Part shown: in pieces, positions 23,031 to 36,483 of the stretch | How the letters are laid out: each line of letters starts with the position of its first letter | How positions within the stretch are numbered: position 1 is the first letter of the stretch | Source of the DNA: Geosiphon pyriformis uo1 | Taxonomy: Eukaryota; Fungi; Glomeromycota | NCBI GenBank assembly: GCA_016748015.1 | Contig: JAAOMT010000201.1 | Span: 442,224-506,223, forward strand | Length of the DNA: 64,000 bases | Direction: 5' to 3' | Notes under the pieces: generated by a model | Told to the model about the DNA's origin: nothing | Seen by the model: the letters and a program-made list of their open reading frames with translations, nothing else | Database searches by the model: none | Translations under genes and position numbers: made by a program

Positions 23031-24669
23031 GATATTAGGATGTTGCCTCGGAATTGAATACTAAAAAATTCTAACAATAAAATTCGGTTTTTCTTAATAC
23101 CCTTTTAATATTTATGACGATGATATTATAGTAAATTATAATAGAATATATAACACATTTTTAAAATGTTGTAACTTTCGATGCAAAAAAATTGAAACAT
23201 AAGGCTTTGAAAGGTTTAAAGCAGTTATTAAACCTTTTATGAAGTAAAATTACTAATGCTACTTTGAGCGGAATCAATAAGTTGAAACTTTTATGATTTA
23301 CAGTTTTTTCGAATTTTTAAAATATTATACAAAAAATAACCGAATTCAAAACTGGAGAACATCTTTGTTTTTGATCTCATATTTTATATTATCTTGAGTA
23401 AGACTTTTTCCCGCGTAAGAAAAAATCCACACTTATTTTAATCAAGGGGCAAAGGGTAATTTCTGGTTTGGTATGATGTGTTATTTGTTATTGACCTCAA
23501 AAGAACAAAATTGATATCATCTTTTACAAAATTCTCATTTATTAGATTAATGCGAAGAAGAATGTTAAATTTGAGCCACAATCATCAAAAGAAGGATAAA
23601 AAGCCAATATCAGAATAAATTTATTTCGTTAAAGATTCTCAATTTATTTAAATGTCTATGAGTTTCTTTCTTTGTTTGTTTGTCTGTTTGTTTATTGACC
23701 AAGTCTTTAATTTTTTAGAATAATAGATCTGGATTTTTAGTTTTTTATGTATACTATTCATATAAAAAATTGGGCAAAATTAATTTTATCTAAAAGAAGA
23801 GTTGCAAACTATTCGTGATTGCAAAGGTTTAACATGGTAATGACAACGAACCAATTACTATTGAAGGTAGAATGATGATTAATACCTTTTGAACAAGCTA
23901 CCATTAGAGAATATCAAACTTGGAAAATTTTTTAGAATGAGAATTTAATTTAAATTCTAATATATTTTTACTCCCACGGAAACAATTATAGCCTGGTACA
24001 GTTTTCAATATACTTCATTTAAAATCTTTGAAAGAAATAGAAAAATTTTGTAAGACTTTCTTCTGCTCTAGTGTAGAATATTAAAAATAATATGGTTATT
24101 AAAATTTGTTATCTCTTAAAATTTTGCAGTAATTAGCATATTAATTTTTAGTAATTATTATTAAGCTTTACTATTAAAGAAGTTTTATAAAATTGTGATG
24201 CTTGTTTACTATTAGCATTCAAATTAGAATCTAAATTATATATATATATATAGTAGATTGGTATTCTTTCTTATGAGAAATACTAGCAGAATAAAGTAAT
24301 AATATTATCAATTTAGTCTTTTACTAGAAAGACAAGGTAGATAACTTCATTTTCAAAATTTTCGAAAAATTTTCTCTTATACTCGTAAGAATAATGATTA
24401 TTAAAAGATAAGTCTGAATAGTTTTAAGAACTTTAGAGTATAAACATATAATTAATATTCAAGTTTTTCAAAAATATTAATTAAATATTTAAGTTATGAA
24501 TATAAAGTCCAAAAATTTTAACTAAACATTTAGCATTGAATCATAAATATATGAGCAAAATAGACAATATAAAAAATTGAAGTAAATATTATATGATATT
24601 TCAAAAATGATTGTTTAAAGAGAAAATTTAAAGAAATAGAATGATTTAGTTTAACATTATTCAATTTTA

Positions 24670-24957
24670 AAATAATTTATAGTTCAGTGAGTAGATTACA
24701 CATTGAGTAACAAAACTAGCATTTTCAAAAATTTTTATATATCATCACAAATTTTTGAAACTATACCAAAAATATAATCTACTTATTTGGAGCACCTACC
24801 CTCTGATAAATGCATATGTCTTGTATCTAAAATTTTGTCAAGTTTTTTTTATAGAATTATTAATCGGATTTTAAACTACTTCATGAGGCATATTTTCTCT
24901 CTCATAAAGTAGTGGTGATAGAAAAATAAGCCACATCCTAAAAGAAGTATAAGCTCA
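24670..24957 (-). pseudogene. Degenerate 3' end (TM half, tail, 3' UTR) of a paralog of the 25972-26958 gene
   Basis: Matches ~25890-26145 (LILLLGCGLFFY...ENMPHEVV plus 3' UTR GTAGATTACA). It starts where the 17572-18020 fragment stops. Confidence 0.85.
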
Positions 24958-25971
24958 TTTTTTTCCTAACTCTTAAAATAATTTGTACTTGCTACTTTAA
25001 AGAACTTACTCCTATTTTTAGCAAGGTCAATCAAACTTGATTACAAACAGACGAACACTAGTAATATTTATTAATGTAAGTTAATACCTGGTTTACCTTT
25101 AATTGATTTTCATGTGAGGATTAATTTATGAAATTTGGGCCTAATCATCGAAAAATAATAATTTCTCATTGAATAGCCTCCTTAAAAACAGTTTAGCATT
25201 CTTTTTAGCATTTAATATTAATCTTTTTATTTTACCATAAGAAATTTTAACAGAATAAAGTCCCGAAAATTTTTGATGCCAAATTTTTTTGATAACAGTA
25301 AAAAATAGAAACAAAAAGAAATCTTCAAGTTTTTGAGTTATACAAAATATGCAATTCTAAAAACTCTGTCTGAAATTTTAGCTTATTAAGAATAAGAACA
25401 ATAAAAATTTAAATTTAAATTGAAACATATTTGACCGTTGATAACCTGGATACTTTAAAATATCAGTTTTAAAATTTTTTTTTAATTTGACCCTCCAACT
25501 CCTCTCTAGTTTGTTCATGCTGGGTCACTACTCCCAAAAAGACAAAACCTTGAAAACCCTCGAAGTAGGAGACTTAGTGCTGACCGAGATTAAATCTGAC
25601 CCCAAATTTCCTAGTAAAGGAATTGGGACGATTGTGGATAAATTAAAAAAAATAGAATGAATCAGTAAATTAGAATTTCTGAATCCATTTCATTTAAAAA
25701 ATATTAAAATTAATACTTTTCAGCCCAATACTCATCAACTACTTTATTGAAAAACAATTATTTAAAGGAAGAAATTAAAAAATAGAATAGATTTTATAAG
25801 AATCAAGTCAACATTATTAAATTTATAAAAAGAAACATTTCATTTAAGAATTTCTAATTTTATTTATAAATTTAACGAAGATACTAAATAATTGATAATT
25901 CAGTTAGTAGATTACATTGAGTGCCAGAACTTTATTTCGGAAAATAATTTATAATAAAAAATTTCATATAT

Positions 25972-26958
25972 TTACTTGAAGTGTCTAACTTCTGACAAGT
26001 GTGTATGCCTCGAATCTAAACCTTGAACAGTTGGTTTGATGGAATTATCTATAGGATTTTGAACTACTTCATGAGGCATATTTTCTCGTTTCATAAAGTA
26101 GCGGCGATAGAAAAATAAGCCACATCCTAAAAGAAGTATAAGCCCAAATATAGTACCAACAACTATTCCGATTATTATTACTTTCTTATTTGAATTAGAG
26201 CCCGATTCTTTAAAAACTCGAATTGTTACTGAAGTTCCAGTTATAGGCTCTGTGTTTTTAGACTTTGGGTTATTCGATTTATAATCATGGTTTTCAAGTG
26301 TGTTGAATTTTAAATCCAACAGGAAAGTAATTGCCTTATCCATCGGATTAGTAATTGCCAAGCAGTATATAGTAGGTTGGTCGATAAAAAGACCCTCCTT
26401 TCTACAAGTCTTAACAGGAACAATTGGCTTGATTTGATAGCATGATGCATCCGGTTTATATATGAATTGACCAGTAAAATTTGGGTCGAGATACTTTTTG
26501 GTATCAATTTCGTTTGTTACGATCGTGATAAAACCTGGACTTGCTCCAGCAGGTGCATGTGTTGGGTAACCGGGGTCTATTTTGCCGATATCATTGGTGG
26601 TTTGTGGTGGTTCACCATCTAACAAGGTTACGTTATAGGCTAATAATAAAATATTTTTATTAAAAATTTTGTTGAGATGATTGAATTTATTCATTAAAAT
26701 CAAAAGAATCATATTGCTTACCTATTCTGTCGATTATGGAATTACTACAGGTATACCAAGTTTGTGATGAGGGAATGGTTGAAACAGTTATTAAAGAATT
26801 TTGTGCTTCAGTAGTCTGCTCAAAAGATAAGAAGAATATCCATTAATATTACCCTTAAAAAGAAAAATATATATTCACTTTTTTACTCTGCTCTTACTAA
26901 CGTTTACCTTTAAAGCAAAAAGAGCCGCTATCAAAATTAAAGTCTGCAGTTTATACAT
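25972..26958 (-). CDS. Type I single-pass membrane protein of unknown function (270 aa, 3 exons)
   Basis: Exons 26958-26908, 26815-26722 and 26639-25972. Signal peptide MYKLQTLILIAALFALKTTEA, a 4-Cys ectodomain, and TM VIIIGIVVGTIFGLILLLGCGLFFY followed by RR. Confidence 0.85.
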
Positions 26959-28751
26959 TTATACTTGACTTGTCTGGAGATAAATAAAATATATTTATAA
27001 GATAAATTTCGCTTTTCTTTATTAAAAATGGAATTACTGGCAAACGAGGATATCCCTTTTTTATGGTTTTAAGACATAAATATTAGGCCTCCAGTTAGCT
27101 AGTCTAGCATTATATAATAGAATTCTTATTATCCAAAAAATTATTCATTTATAGATTTGTTTATAGTTACTTTAATAAAAAATAGAATCATCTTTTTTTG
27201 TACTTGAAGTTCACACTGTAGCAAAAAAAGCTAAGTTTAATTACAATCTTTGAAAGAGAAATAGCTAGCAAAATTATTTACAGTCGATTTCTGCACATCA
27301 CCCCTCCTCGCAGCATATGGAGATAATAATGACTAAAAAGTTAAAGATTTTATGGTTATTAGCTAATATAGGAGAATGTTTTGGTATCTGGAGTAAAATT
27401 GATGATATTAATCATATGAGAGGAATTCTATTTTTTAAAATAAATTAGGTATAAAAGAATTAATATATCTAAAAATAATAATTCTTTTATATTTTTATTT
27501 CAATCTGGTGAATATTAATAAAAAAAATAATAGTTTGAATATTTTTCTAAATAAAATATTTTCTTGAGGTAATCATATTTTGAAACAATTTTAATAATAA
27601 TAAGAGATCGTTAAGGTTTTGAATAAATAAAGTTTAGCGAAGCTATTATTTTATTAAATAAAACTGAATTAATATATATTTTACAGAATATCTTTTTTCA
27701 ATTTCCAATTTCTAAATATTCTCTGATTTCTTAATAAAATATAATGACGATACTAATAAATTTATCGAATTTGAAACAAACCATTTAAAATGCCTATATT
27801 GCTTATTAGTTTAACATGATTGAATTTTAAATGAATATTTTCTATTATTATGACCATATTTTTTAAAATTTTCTTTTATTTTAATCTAATTTTTTTTTAT
27901 ATTCATTTCACAATAATAAAATATTTTCTATTTTAAATTATTATTTTTTTACTAAGGCATAAAAATTTTTATCATAATTAGTTTCATTGACCTCCTAGTT
28001 CGGAAATTAGTTTTCAAATATTTTATCAAAATATTAAATTTATTTTAAAATTATTTCAAAACATATAGATCTTTCGTTCAGTTATTATTCATTCAATGAA
28101 TTAATTTAACGCTTAGGTTCAATAATTAATTTTTATTTATTTATAATATTTCAACACTTTTTTTATTTTCTTTTACCGAATAAATCTCTTTTAAATCAAG
28201 TTCAAATAAGTTTATTTTTGTATAAATTATTCTGAATTCTAATAGTCTTTTCTATAAAACCAGTTTTTCATCCCTAAAAGCTTTATTGTATCTCCCGAAA
28301 AATGATAAAAATTTTTTCTTTCTCTAAATCTTGATTTTATTTAGAATTATTTGAAATAAACTTTTATTCCCTTTTATATTAATTAATTTCTTTATGAAGA
28401 AGTCATTGCACTTTATTAGTCTATTTTCAAAACTAGTACCAAAAATGTTATAAATTATTTGTTCCTTAAATTAAGATTAAATTTTCTTTTGAGATTAATT
28501 TATTAATAGTAATATTAATAAAAATTTGTCATTTTTCTGATTTTCTCAATCAAATATAATCAAAAACAATGAAAGTTTAACTCACAAAAATATAAATAAT
28601 ATGCCTGTGTATAAATCTTGTTTGAAAAAATTCCCTTAATTTCTACATCTTTTGATTAGCAATGGAACAAAAAAATCACATCACTTTCTTTCAAATGATA
28701 TAATAACGGTATTATTAAACTTGAAACCTATGTATTTACAAGAAGTCTAAA

Positions 28752-29531
28752 TTATAAAAAAATGGCAAAGCTGATCGAAATAAAAAGTAATGCAGCTAAT
28801 ACTTTTTTAACTAAATTTTTCAGATAAACTGAAACAGGCAGTACAGCTCCGTTAGAAGTTTTAAGGATCTCATTTAAATTTGCTCCATTGGTTTGTTTTA
28901 CTTCATTAGAAGTAGTATTTGTACTTTTTGTTGGCTCAGCATTTGAAAAATAGGTTTTTGGCTCTTTTGTCGCTTCCCTTGTAATTGTAAACGGACCCGG
29001 CATGACACCGAATATTGTCACCTCACCATTTTGAACATTAATCATTGCTTTGGACTCAACCCTTATGTAAAAAGCTGTATTATTTTTAGCATTACCCCAT
29101 CCAATCACGGGAGTAATCCACTCAAACTCTGTATCGATAATATTAGTTGCAATTTGTGTTTGATATTCTGCTGACATCTTTGGACGTTGTGGACTTCCTT
29201 TTATGATTGGACTTGCAACAAGAGTGAGGGTGAAACCTGTCAGAGGTGTTATTGCTGGACAATCGGCTGACCGCTTCCAGCGAATGAATATCCGATCGTT
29301 TGGATTTACAATTGTCCCCAAAGTTGGCGTCACAATGTCAAGACAGTGAATTTCACCCTGTGCCCAGGGTGTTAGAGGGTCAAAGTCCCCACTTTTAAAA
29401 GGTTTGCCCCCTGAAAAGTTTGAGCCTTTACCAAAAGATGGCATAATTCCCGGCATATCCAAAGATTTAGAGGTTTTGAAAAAGTTAAATGAAAAAAAGA
29501 ATAGAAAAAAAAATCGGGTCACACCCCGCAT
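28752..29531 (-). CDS. Secreted, putatively GPI-anchored cell-surface protein (Kre9/Knh1-N-like Ig fold suspected), 259 aa
   Basis: ATG at 29531 begins a hydrophobic signal (MRGVTRFFFLFFFSF). Pattern IVTPT..G....IRW...FEW..P....FYIRV...GPFTI, then a Ser/Thr-rich linker, SNG and a hydrophobic C-terminus. Confidence 0.75.
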   Translation of the reverse strand: MRGVTRFFFLFFFSFNFFKTSKSLDMPGIMPSFGKGSNFSGGKPFKSGDFDPLTPWAQGEIHCLDIVTPTLGTIVNPNDRIFIRWKRSADCPAITPLTGFTLTLVASPIIKGSPQRPKMSAEYQTQIATNIIDTEFEWITPVIGWGNAKNNTAFYIRVESKAMINVQNGEVTIFGVMPGPFTITREATKEPKTYFSNAEPTKSTNTTSNEVKQTNGANLNEILKTSNGAVLPVSVYLKNLVKKVLAALLFISISFAIFL

Positions 29532-32217
29532 TCTAATTATCTTCACTCGGTTTGCTTTAGTTAACAAAAAAAAACTAATTCATACAAAGAATTGGGAAAT
29601 TAATTTGTTTTCAACTTAGGAGACAAGCTTATATCCACAGTTGAATTCTAGTGGTGGTATTATTAAAAAGGGTGAAAAAATCAATCAAACGAGGCTTGGC
29701 ATCTGAAAATTTTGATTATATGAAAATTAAATTTGCCCTATCAATATTTTATCTATCAATCAATAGCAGCTTGATCAGATTTCCAGGGATTAAAAGGATT
29801 TGATGGAATTAATAATTTGAAAGAAATTTTGAAAAAGTGCAAATGAAATATTAAAAACTTCAGAAAATTTAGTTTGAAGAAATATTTTATCCGTTTAACA
29901 ATAGATTATGTTCATATCAAAAGCTTCAAAGTTAGAGATTTAAAGGTTAACTATAGTTTTTGCTAAAAAATTCAAACTTAGCAATAAATATTAAAGAATT
30001 TGCCAAAAATAAGCATAACTCAATTTTTGAGCGACTTATTAAATGTTAGCAATAACAGTTGGCAAGAAAAATTGTTTCAGTTTTTATCGATTTTTCGTAA
30101 AAAAGATGATGATATTGTTTTATTTCGGACAATGATCTGCAACCCAAAACTAGAACTTAAAAGCGTTGTATAATTAAACACAAAATTAAAATAAATAATT
30201 TATGTCACATTTCAAAATTTTTCACATAGTAAATTTTTTCTTAAAGGAACTTTGTGTTATAATTTGATAGTCTGGTGCGACAATACACCATGAGATTAGG
30301 AAATATCATTGTAATTAAAAATTGTCCAAAGCAATATGTGAGGCTCTTTATTTTTCAAACAATTTTACAAGAAATGATTCGACCTTTTTCAGAGTGAAAA
30401 TCTTTTATCGTCTCATATTTCGTCTTTCATTAAACGTTTTATCATGAAAAAATGAGGATTTTTTGTGTTTCACTTTCGTGTTGTGTTTAACAAGGATATT
30501 TAATGGATTTTAATTAGCTAAATATCTTTAACTGACAAATTTTGCTCCTAATATATTTATGATATCTGTTTTTACCATATTTCTATAACGAAATGTAAGT
30601 TTCAGCTAAAATTTAAAACTTGAATCAAATGATCATTTTTTCAAAGTAAATGGAAAAATTTCGAGTAAATCCTATACCCATTTCGAAAGATATTAAATTC
30701 TTACATCTCGCAAAAACCTTTTACAGGAAAGCGACAATTTTTTCGTAATATTTAATTTTAATTTTACAAGCAACCATTTAATATATGTATTAAATTTTTG
30801 TGAAGCTTTCAAACTTGATCTTTGAGTGGCATTTTTTTAAAAACAAAGTTAGTGGGGTCCTTAACTCTATGTCCGAAATTAATTCTTATTTACGGATTCA
30901 CTAATTTTATACTTTTCTTTCTCATTTTAAAAAGTTAAAAATTTTCCCCTTTGAAAGTGGTCTTTATGCTAGGAAGTAAGAGAAAATTTTTTTAGACGAA
31001 ATATAAAGATTTTGAAACTCATTTCTGATAAGTTAAATGTACGCCTAAAATAAAACATTCTAGCTTCTCAACACGCAAAAATTCTCAAAGTTTATTGAAA
31101 TAAACCTGAGAAAATTTACAAAATTTGTCACACTTTTAATGGTTTTTGGAGATTAGTACCACATGCAATAATGTGGTTATGAATAATCAAAAAAAGGGCG
31201 ATAAATATATGTTTAGATCAAAAAATGAAACACTGTTTTGGCTTTAACTGTGAATTTCCATTCAACACAAAAGTATTTGAGTAATTTTTTAAATATAGAA
31301 TGTCTTTCTTCAAATAACTATCTTGGTTAAAACAATTATAAAATTTTCTAATATGTTAAGCACAACAAGTGGGTTAAGGTCTTAAAGAAAATTTACAGCA
31401 AAATTATTTTTGAATCATTTGATTTCTTTTGTTCTGGTGGCTTTCAAGTAAAAAAATATTTTTCCACTTTCCCAATATTATGCATTTACTATGGGACAAT
31501 ATATTAGAAAGGATTTTAAAGATTTAAATTTTTATTCAAAAAAACTTTATTTGAATATTTGCATCACCAATAAATGACTACAAAGATTTTAGTTAATTTT
31601 TCGCAAATAGTCATTTAAATAATTAAGTCTTCTATTATCTTTTCAGTAAGCCAAAGGACTGATTAAATAATAAATAGCAAGGATTTCAAGTAGCATATAT
31701 TGGTTTTTCGATGAAAAATCTTTCGGAGAGAGAACCTATAATCTATTACGTCATTTATAAGTTAATGAAGGTTAGATAGATACGGGTTCTTTTAAGTATC
31801 TAATTTTTTATTCAAAAAGTAGTTTTGAATGTTCTCCAAATCGATATTTTTTAGCTGAACAGGTTCTTTAAAATTTTTCTGGCTTATAGGGGGTGCAAAC
31901 AAAAAATTTAAATAATGCTAACAAATTGGCATCATCCGCGTTCTTTAGAAAGGATTTTTCAAAGTAAATCAAAAACAAGAAAAAATTTCAAATTCTTCTT
32001 AAGTCTGGCCCATGTCAGTATATAAAACATACTATCGTTTTGAAATCTTTTCCCTATCATCTGTAATCTCTAGAGTAAGATTTTTCGATAACTTAATTTC
32101 TATAATTGCAGAAGTAACAGTGTGGTATAACCTATCATAATTTTTAAAAGTTATCTCCTTAATTTAAGTTCAGTCAATCTCATATACAGATTTATGCTAT
32201 AAAATTTTCGCCATATA

Positions 32218-33178
32218 TTATAGCATTTCTCTTAATTGAGGACATTTATCGTGATTCTCCTTGCTTCGCTTAAGAATGTATTCGTGTTCTTGAACGATTT
32301 TTCTCTTTAACCGCGACCAGGCAGAATTTGTAAAAGGTCTTTTATATTCTTGCAAGATCGCATCTTGGTAAACTCTGCATTGGTTTTGAATAAACACTGA
32401 ATCATACTTTAATTCTCCATTTTCACTAGTTTCTTTGAGCATTTCTTCAACACGACGAACAATCTCTTCTCGTCTAAGACGTTTTAATTCTTGGTTCTGG
32501 TGCTGGCGACAAGCTTTACGAATCTTTTTTTGCTGCACGGCCTGATAAGCCGACTTTACACGTTCTTGTAGCCACACAGGTTTATCATCGTTCTGGAGTG
32601 ACGAATAATCTACGCAGAGCTGTCTTACTTGTGGCATCCAATATACATATTTTCGATGATGATTGCCAAACGGAAGGGCAAGCAGAAGCTGTTTGGGAAC
32701 CCCATATTTACGTGCAAATCTTGGGCTGCTAAAAAAGATATCATCGCTCAATCAGTATTTACCGCAAAAGGAAATGATCATTAAATTTCTCCACTTACTC
32801 GATTGCAATGTTCGCCTCGAAACATTTGTTGCACACACGGATCCCAAACTCCCAACGAATATGAAACGTTCCAACAGTTTTTTGTAGGCACACTTGACAA
32901 TAGTTTTCTACAATCAAGCGGATATAGTCACGTTCACCCATTCTATCGGGAGGAGGAAGATCATAGGCTGGTAGGAATCGAACCCTACACTCTCGCCAAA
33001 TGAACTGAGTCGATGAGGATGATTCAGAAACTAAATAAGCCCTAAATAAGCGACAGACTTGCCCCAAGGAAAGAAGATTTTTCGGCGAAAGGTGTGCACA
33101 AATTTCGGCGAAAATCTCTGGTGGGATTTGAGTGAAAGCTGATTTCGCATAGGACAAGAGAGAAAGGTGGTCCTTCAT
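32218..33178 (-). CDS. F-box domain protein (~296 aa, 2 exons)
   Basis: FTQIPPEIFAEICAHLSPKNLLSLGQVCRLFR is an F-box, followed by IWRECR and CxxC...CxxC. Intron 32798-32729 with a NAGNAG acceptor. Confidence 0.9.
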
Positions 33179-36100
33179 TTTTTTTCTTTAATTTTAAGGA
33201 ATGAATATATTTAAAGAAAATAGTTGCTGCTTCTGTGTACTAAAAATTCTCCTTTAAAATTTTTATAATACCTAACAAATGAAATATTAATGCGTTGCCG
33301 TGCTTTGAAAAATATTGAAGGAAGTTTGAGGCGATAAAAACTCCATCATTTTAGTTTTATTTTATCTCTTCTTCATTAATCATTGATAAATTTAGCAAAA
33401 TAATGACGCAATTGATCCATTTGTTCAAAATTAAATGATCACAAAACGTCAGAACCTTTTGATATATCAACACAATTTGAGCTCTGTGAAATTCCTGCAT
33501 ATGATTTCATCAGCCAAGTTTGTTCCAGGTTTTCAAAAATGACGCATCAATATGAAAAGTATGCGATATGTGATATGCATATGCCTTTAAATATCTAAAA
33601 GAAAAGAATTTTAACTCACTATTATGTATTAAAATTTCAAATAGATAGATTTATCAACTTTTTTAAAATAAATACTTCAAAATTATTTTGACTAAATTAC
33701 AGAATCTTTATTATTTAAAATATTAACATTGTAAGAGATGAATTTCATTGATACACTAAATCAATGAAATGAGCTAAAATTTCAAATTTGTGTTTTATAT
33801 TAAAGAATTTAATATATTTTGAAGATTTTCAACGGAATCAATAATATCTAAAGTATTAATAATCAATAAAGTTTAGTTTGAAAAATAAACCTGGATACTC
33901 TGTTAAGATCAGTACAAAAAATTATCAAAAGGTATAAAACATTTATTCTTCATTTTTTTTATATTCAATCAAGCACACTAAAATGGGCTCAGAGTTGTAC
34001 AAAGAAAAAATATGCTTTGAACTTCACTCAAAAAACTGTCTCTTATACATACTCGACAAGTAATTATGTAAATATTTAAAAATAAAGAAGATACTGAAAG
34101 CTTTAATAATAAACTAAATTTAGACAGTCTAGAAATTATTTTAGGCTACTATATTCTACTGTTGCTCCAGTCAAAAAAGATGAAAGAATAGAAATAACCT
34201 ATTTGGTTTGGGATGATAATTAACAATTTGGGTTTTAATAGCCAATAGTATAAAGCTTTTATAAAATGAATAGAAAATAATATTGACAATTCTTTGGAAA
34301 AATATTTTTAGTGCACTTTCATATTTTTTAACAAGGCAAAAGTTTAAAACAAACATTTAAAAACACAAAAACAAATTCATCAAAATATATTTGACTAACT
34401 ATTGCAGTATTCAGAATTGAATCTTATAAAAAACTTACAAAAGGTTTATAATATCTTTTTGGATTAAAAATAATTAAATAAATATCAATTTTCATATTTA
34501 ATTATTCAATACAAAATAATTTGAATTCAATTATATTTTTAAAGAGTCCAAATTCATTTTAATTATTTAAGTTTTTCAAAAACATAAGATATTATTTTAT
34601 GTTTAATCTGTTTTCTAAAATGTAAAAAACAAACTGAAAACACAACTTGCACATGAAAAATACAATCCCTAAATTGTATTCATTAGAATTAGTTCTTTTG
34701 TCTTGTCTGAAGCCCGAGATTTTATTATATTAATGTAAAATATTTAAAAAATTTTCTCACTAATTCTCAACTCAAATTTACAAGTTAACTTTTCAAAAAA
34801 ATTGAGTTGAGAATATAGACAGCAATTATTTTTTGATTAAAATAAAAATTTTCAAACTACTAAGAATTATTTTAAAATCTTGATGTCGTTTTACTCCTTG
34901 CAAGATTTGTTTAATGAAATTTGATCACAATTACATTATGTATTTTTCTAAAAGCTAGGCTGAAATTCCAGGAGAAAAGTGAGATCCATGAAAGTAAAAT
35001 TTACGCTTAATTTCAGACTGAAGCAAAAATTAACTTGAATGCTCTTTTTATAACTATTAATTTTATAAAACATTCCTCAAGCCTAATTTCTCAATAAAGC
35101 TTTGATTTTTTTCTGCGCTCATATTAAAAGAATTCTTTGATTTTGTCCACTCAAAATTGCAAGATTGACCAAAAATTCATTTAAATCTTGAATAATATGC
35201 TCGAAGCTTTTAAAGATTTGTTCGTGATGTAAACTTTTGGGAATACTCTTCGATTAGGCTAAATTCCTAGGCAAACTATTTTGTAAAAAATATTTAGTGT
35301 ATCTATTTTTTTTTAGTTGTATTTATCATTTTTTTATGGTGTCTTTTAATAAAAGAAAAACCAGCTGCTTTAAGAAATCTCGGATGTAGTAGGAATTCGG
35401 GATCAAGAGATGGCTATTTCTTTAAGCCCATTTTTTTTTGAACTTTATGAATAATGAATATAATAGAAAACTGTAACAAATTTGCGAAATTCAACTTCTA
35501 AAAGATGTTCAAATATGCTGATAAAATAATCACATAGCTTAATCCCTTTCAATCCCTTAGATCATATTTTAAAAAATTTGCACTTTTCTTTTGCGGAAAA
35601 TCTTACCTATATGGTTTTAATTGATTTTAAAAGCAAGAACAAGTTTTTACCAATTTAGCATATAACTATTTTTTTAAAGACACTTTTTATTTATTTATTT
35701 AGTAACCCTTACTGTTTTATATGAATTAGCCAAGAAATCTTATTCAATTATAGGTTTTCGAAAACAAAAACATTTTAACCATTTGCTAAAATAGTAAAAT
35801 TTGCTCCTTGTCTTTACCATTTTAATATATATCTCACGAGGATTTTTGACAAAACTTTAATCTCCACAAATATCTTCTTTTAGGAATATTTTTTTAATTC
35901 TAATACTATTATCTTAGTGGTGAAATAAAAAATCATGAATATAGCTTCCAAATTTGTTTTTTCTCCTTAGACAACTAAAAAAGGTAGATTGAGATTCAAT
36001 TTAGGAAAGTGCAAAGTTTTCTAACGTAATAAAATTAATATAAAGCTTTCAATCTAAATAAAATTTTGCTATAGTATATGGTATTTAATTCAAGCAACTC

Positions 36101-36461
36101 TTTGATCCCGAAAAAAACCGTCTTTTTTGTTTAAAGCAAGATCACCATGTATTTTACAAGACTTGTTGATTTATGGAGGCCGAATCACTTTCCTTAGTTT
36201 TTTCATGCCCAAGAATATCAAAAAAGACTCTAAATTGAGGATAATAAAGGCGTTTAAAATTTGGTTCAATTACATTCGAAAAGGGAAACTTTTAAAGTGC
36301 ATCGTAATTTACAGAAATATGTCTAAAAACTTGATCCAAAATTTTTTGGTTCTGAATGAGATTTTGTAAACTTGATTTGATTTTTCAAATTCATGTAATT
36401 TCAAACAAACACAAACTTTGCGGAATTAGGAGGTCCCCAAATCCCAAATAACTTACATCTA

Positions 36462-36483
36462 TTTCTTTCTTTCTTTCTTTCTT
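36462..36483. repeat. (TTTC)n microsatellite
   Basis: tttctttctttctttctttctt. Confidence 0.75.

Larger units (their letters stand above)
21040..23200 (+). repeat. Right arm of the inverted duplication (contains a TE fragment and the assembly gap)
   Basis: Aligns to the reverse complement of 18395-19720, except for 21284-21566 and the gap-associated repeat. Confidence 0.8.
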
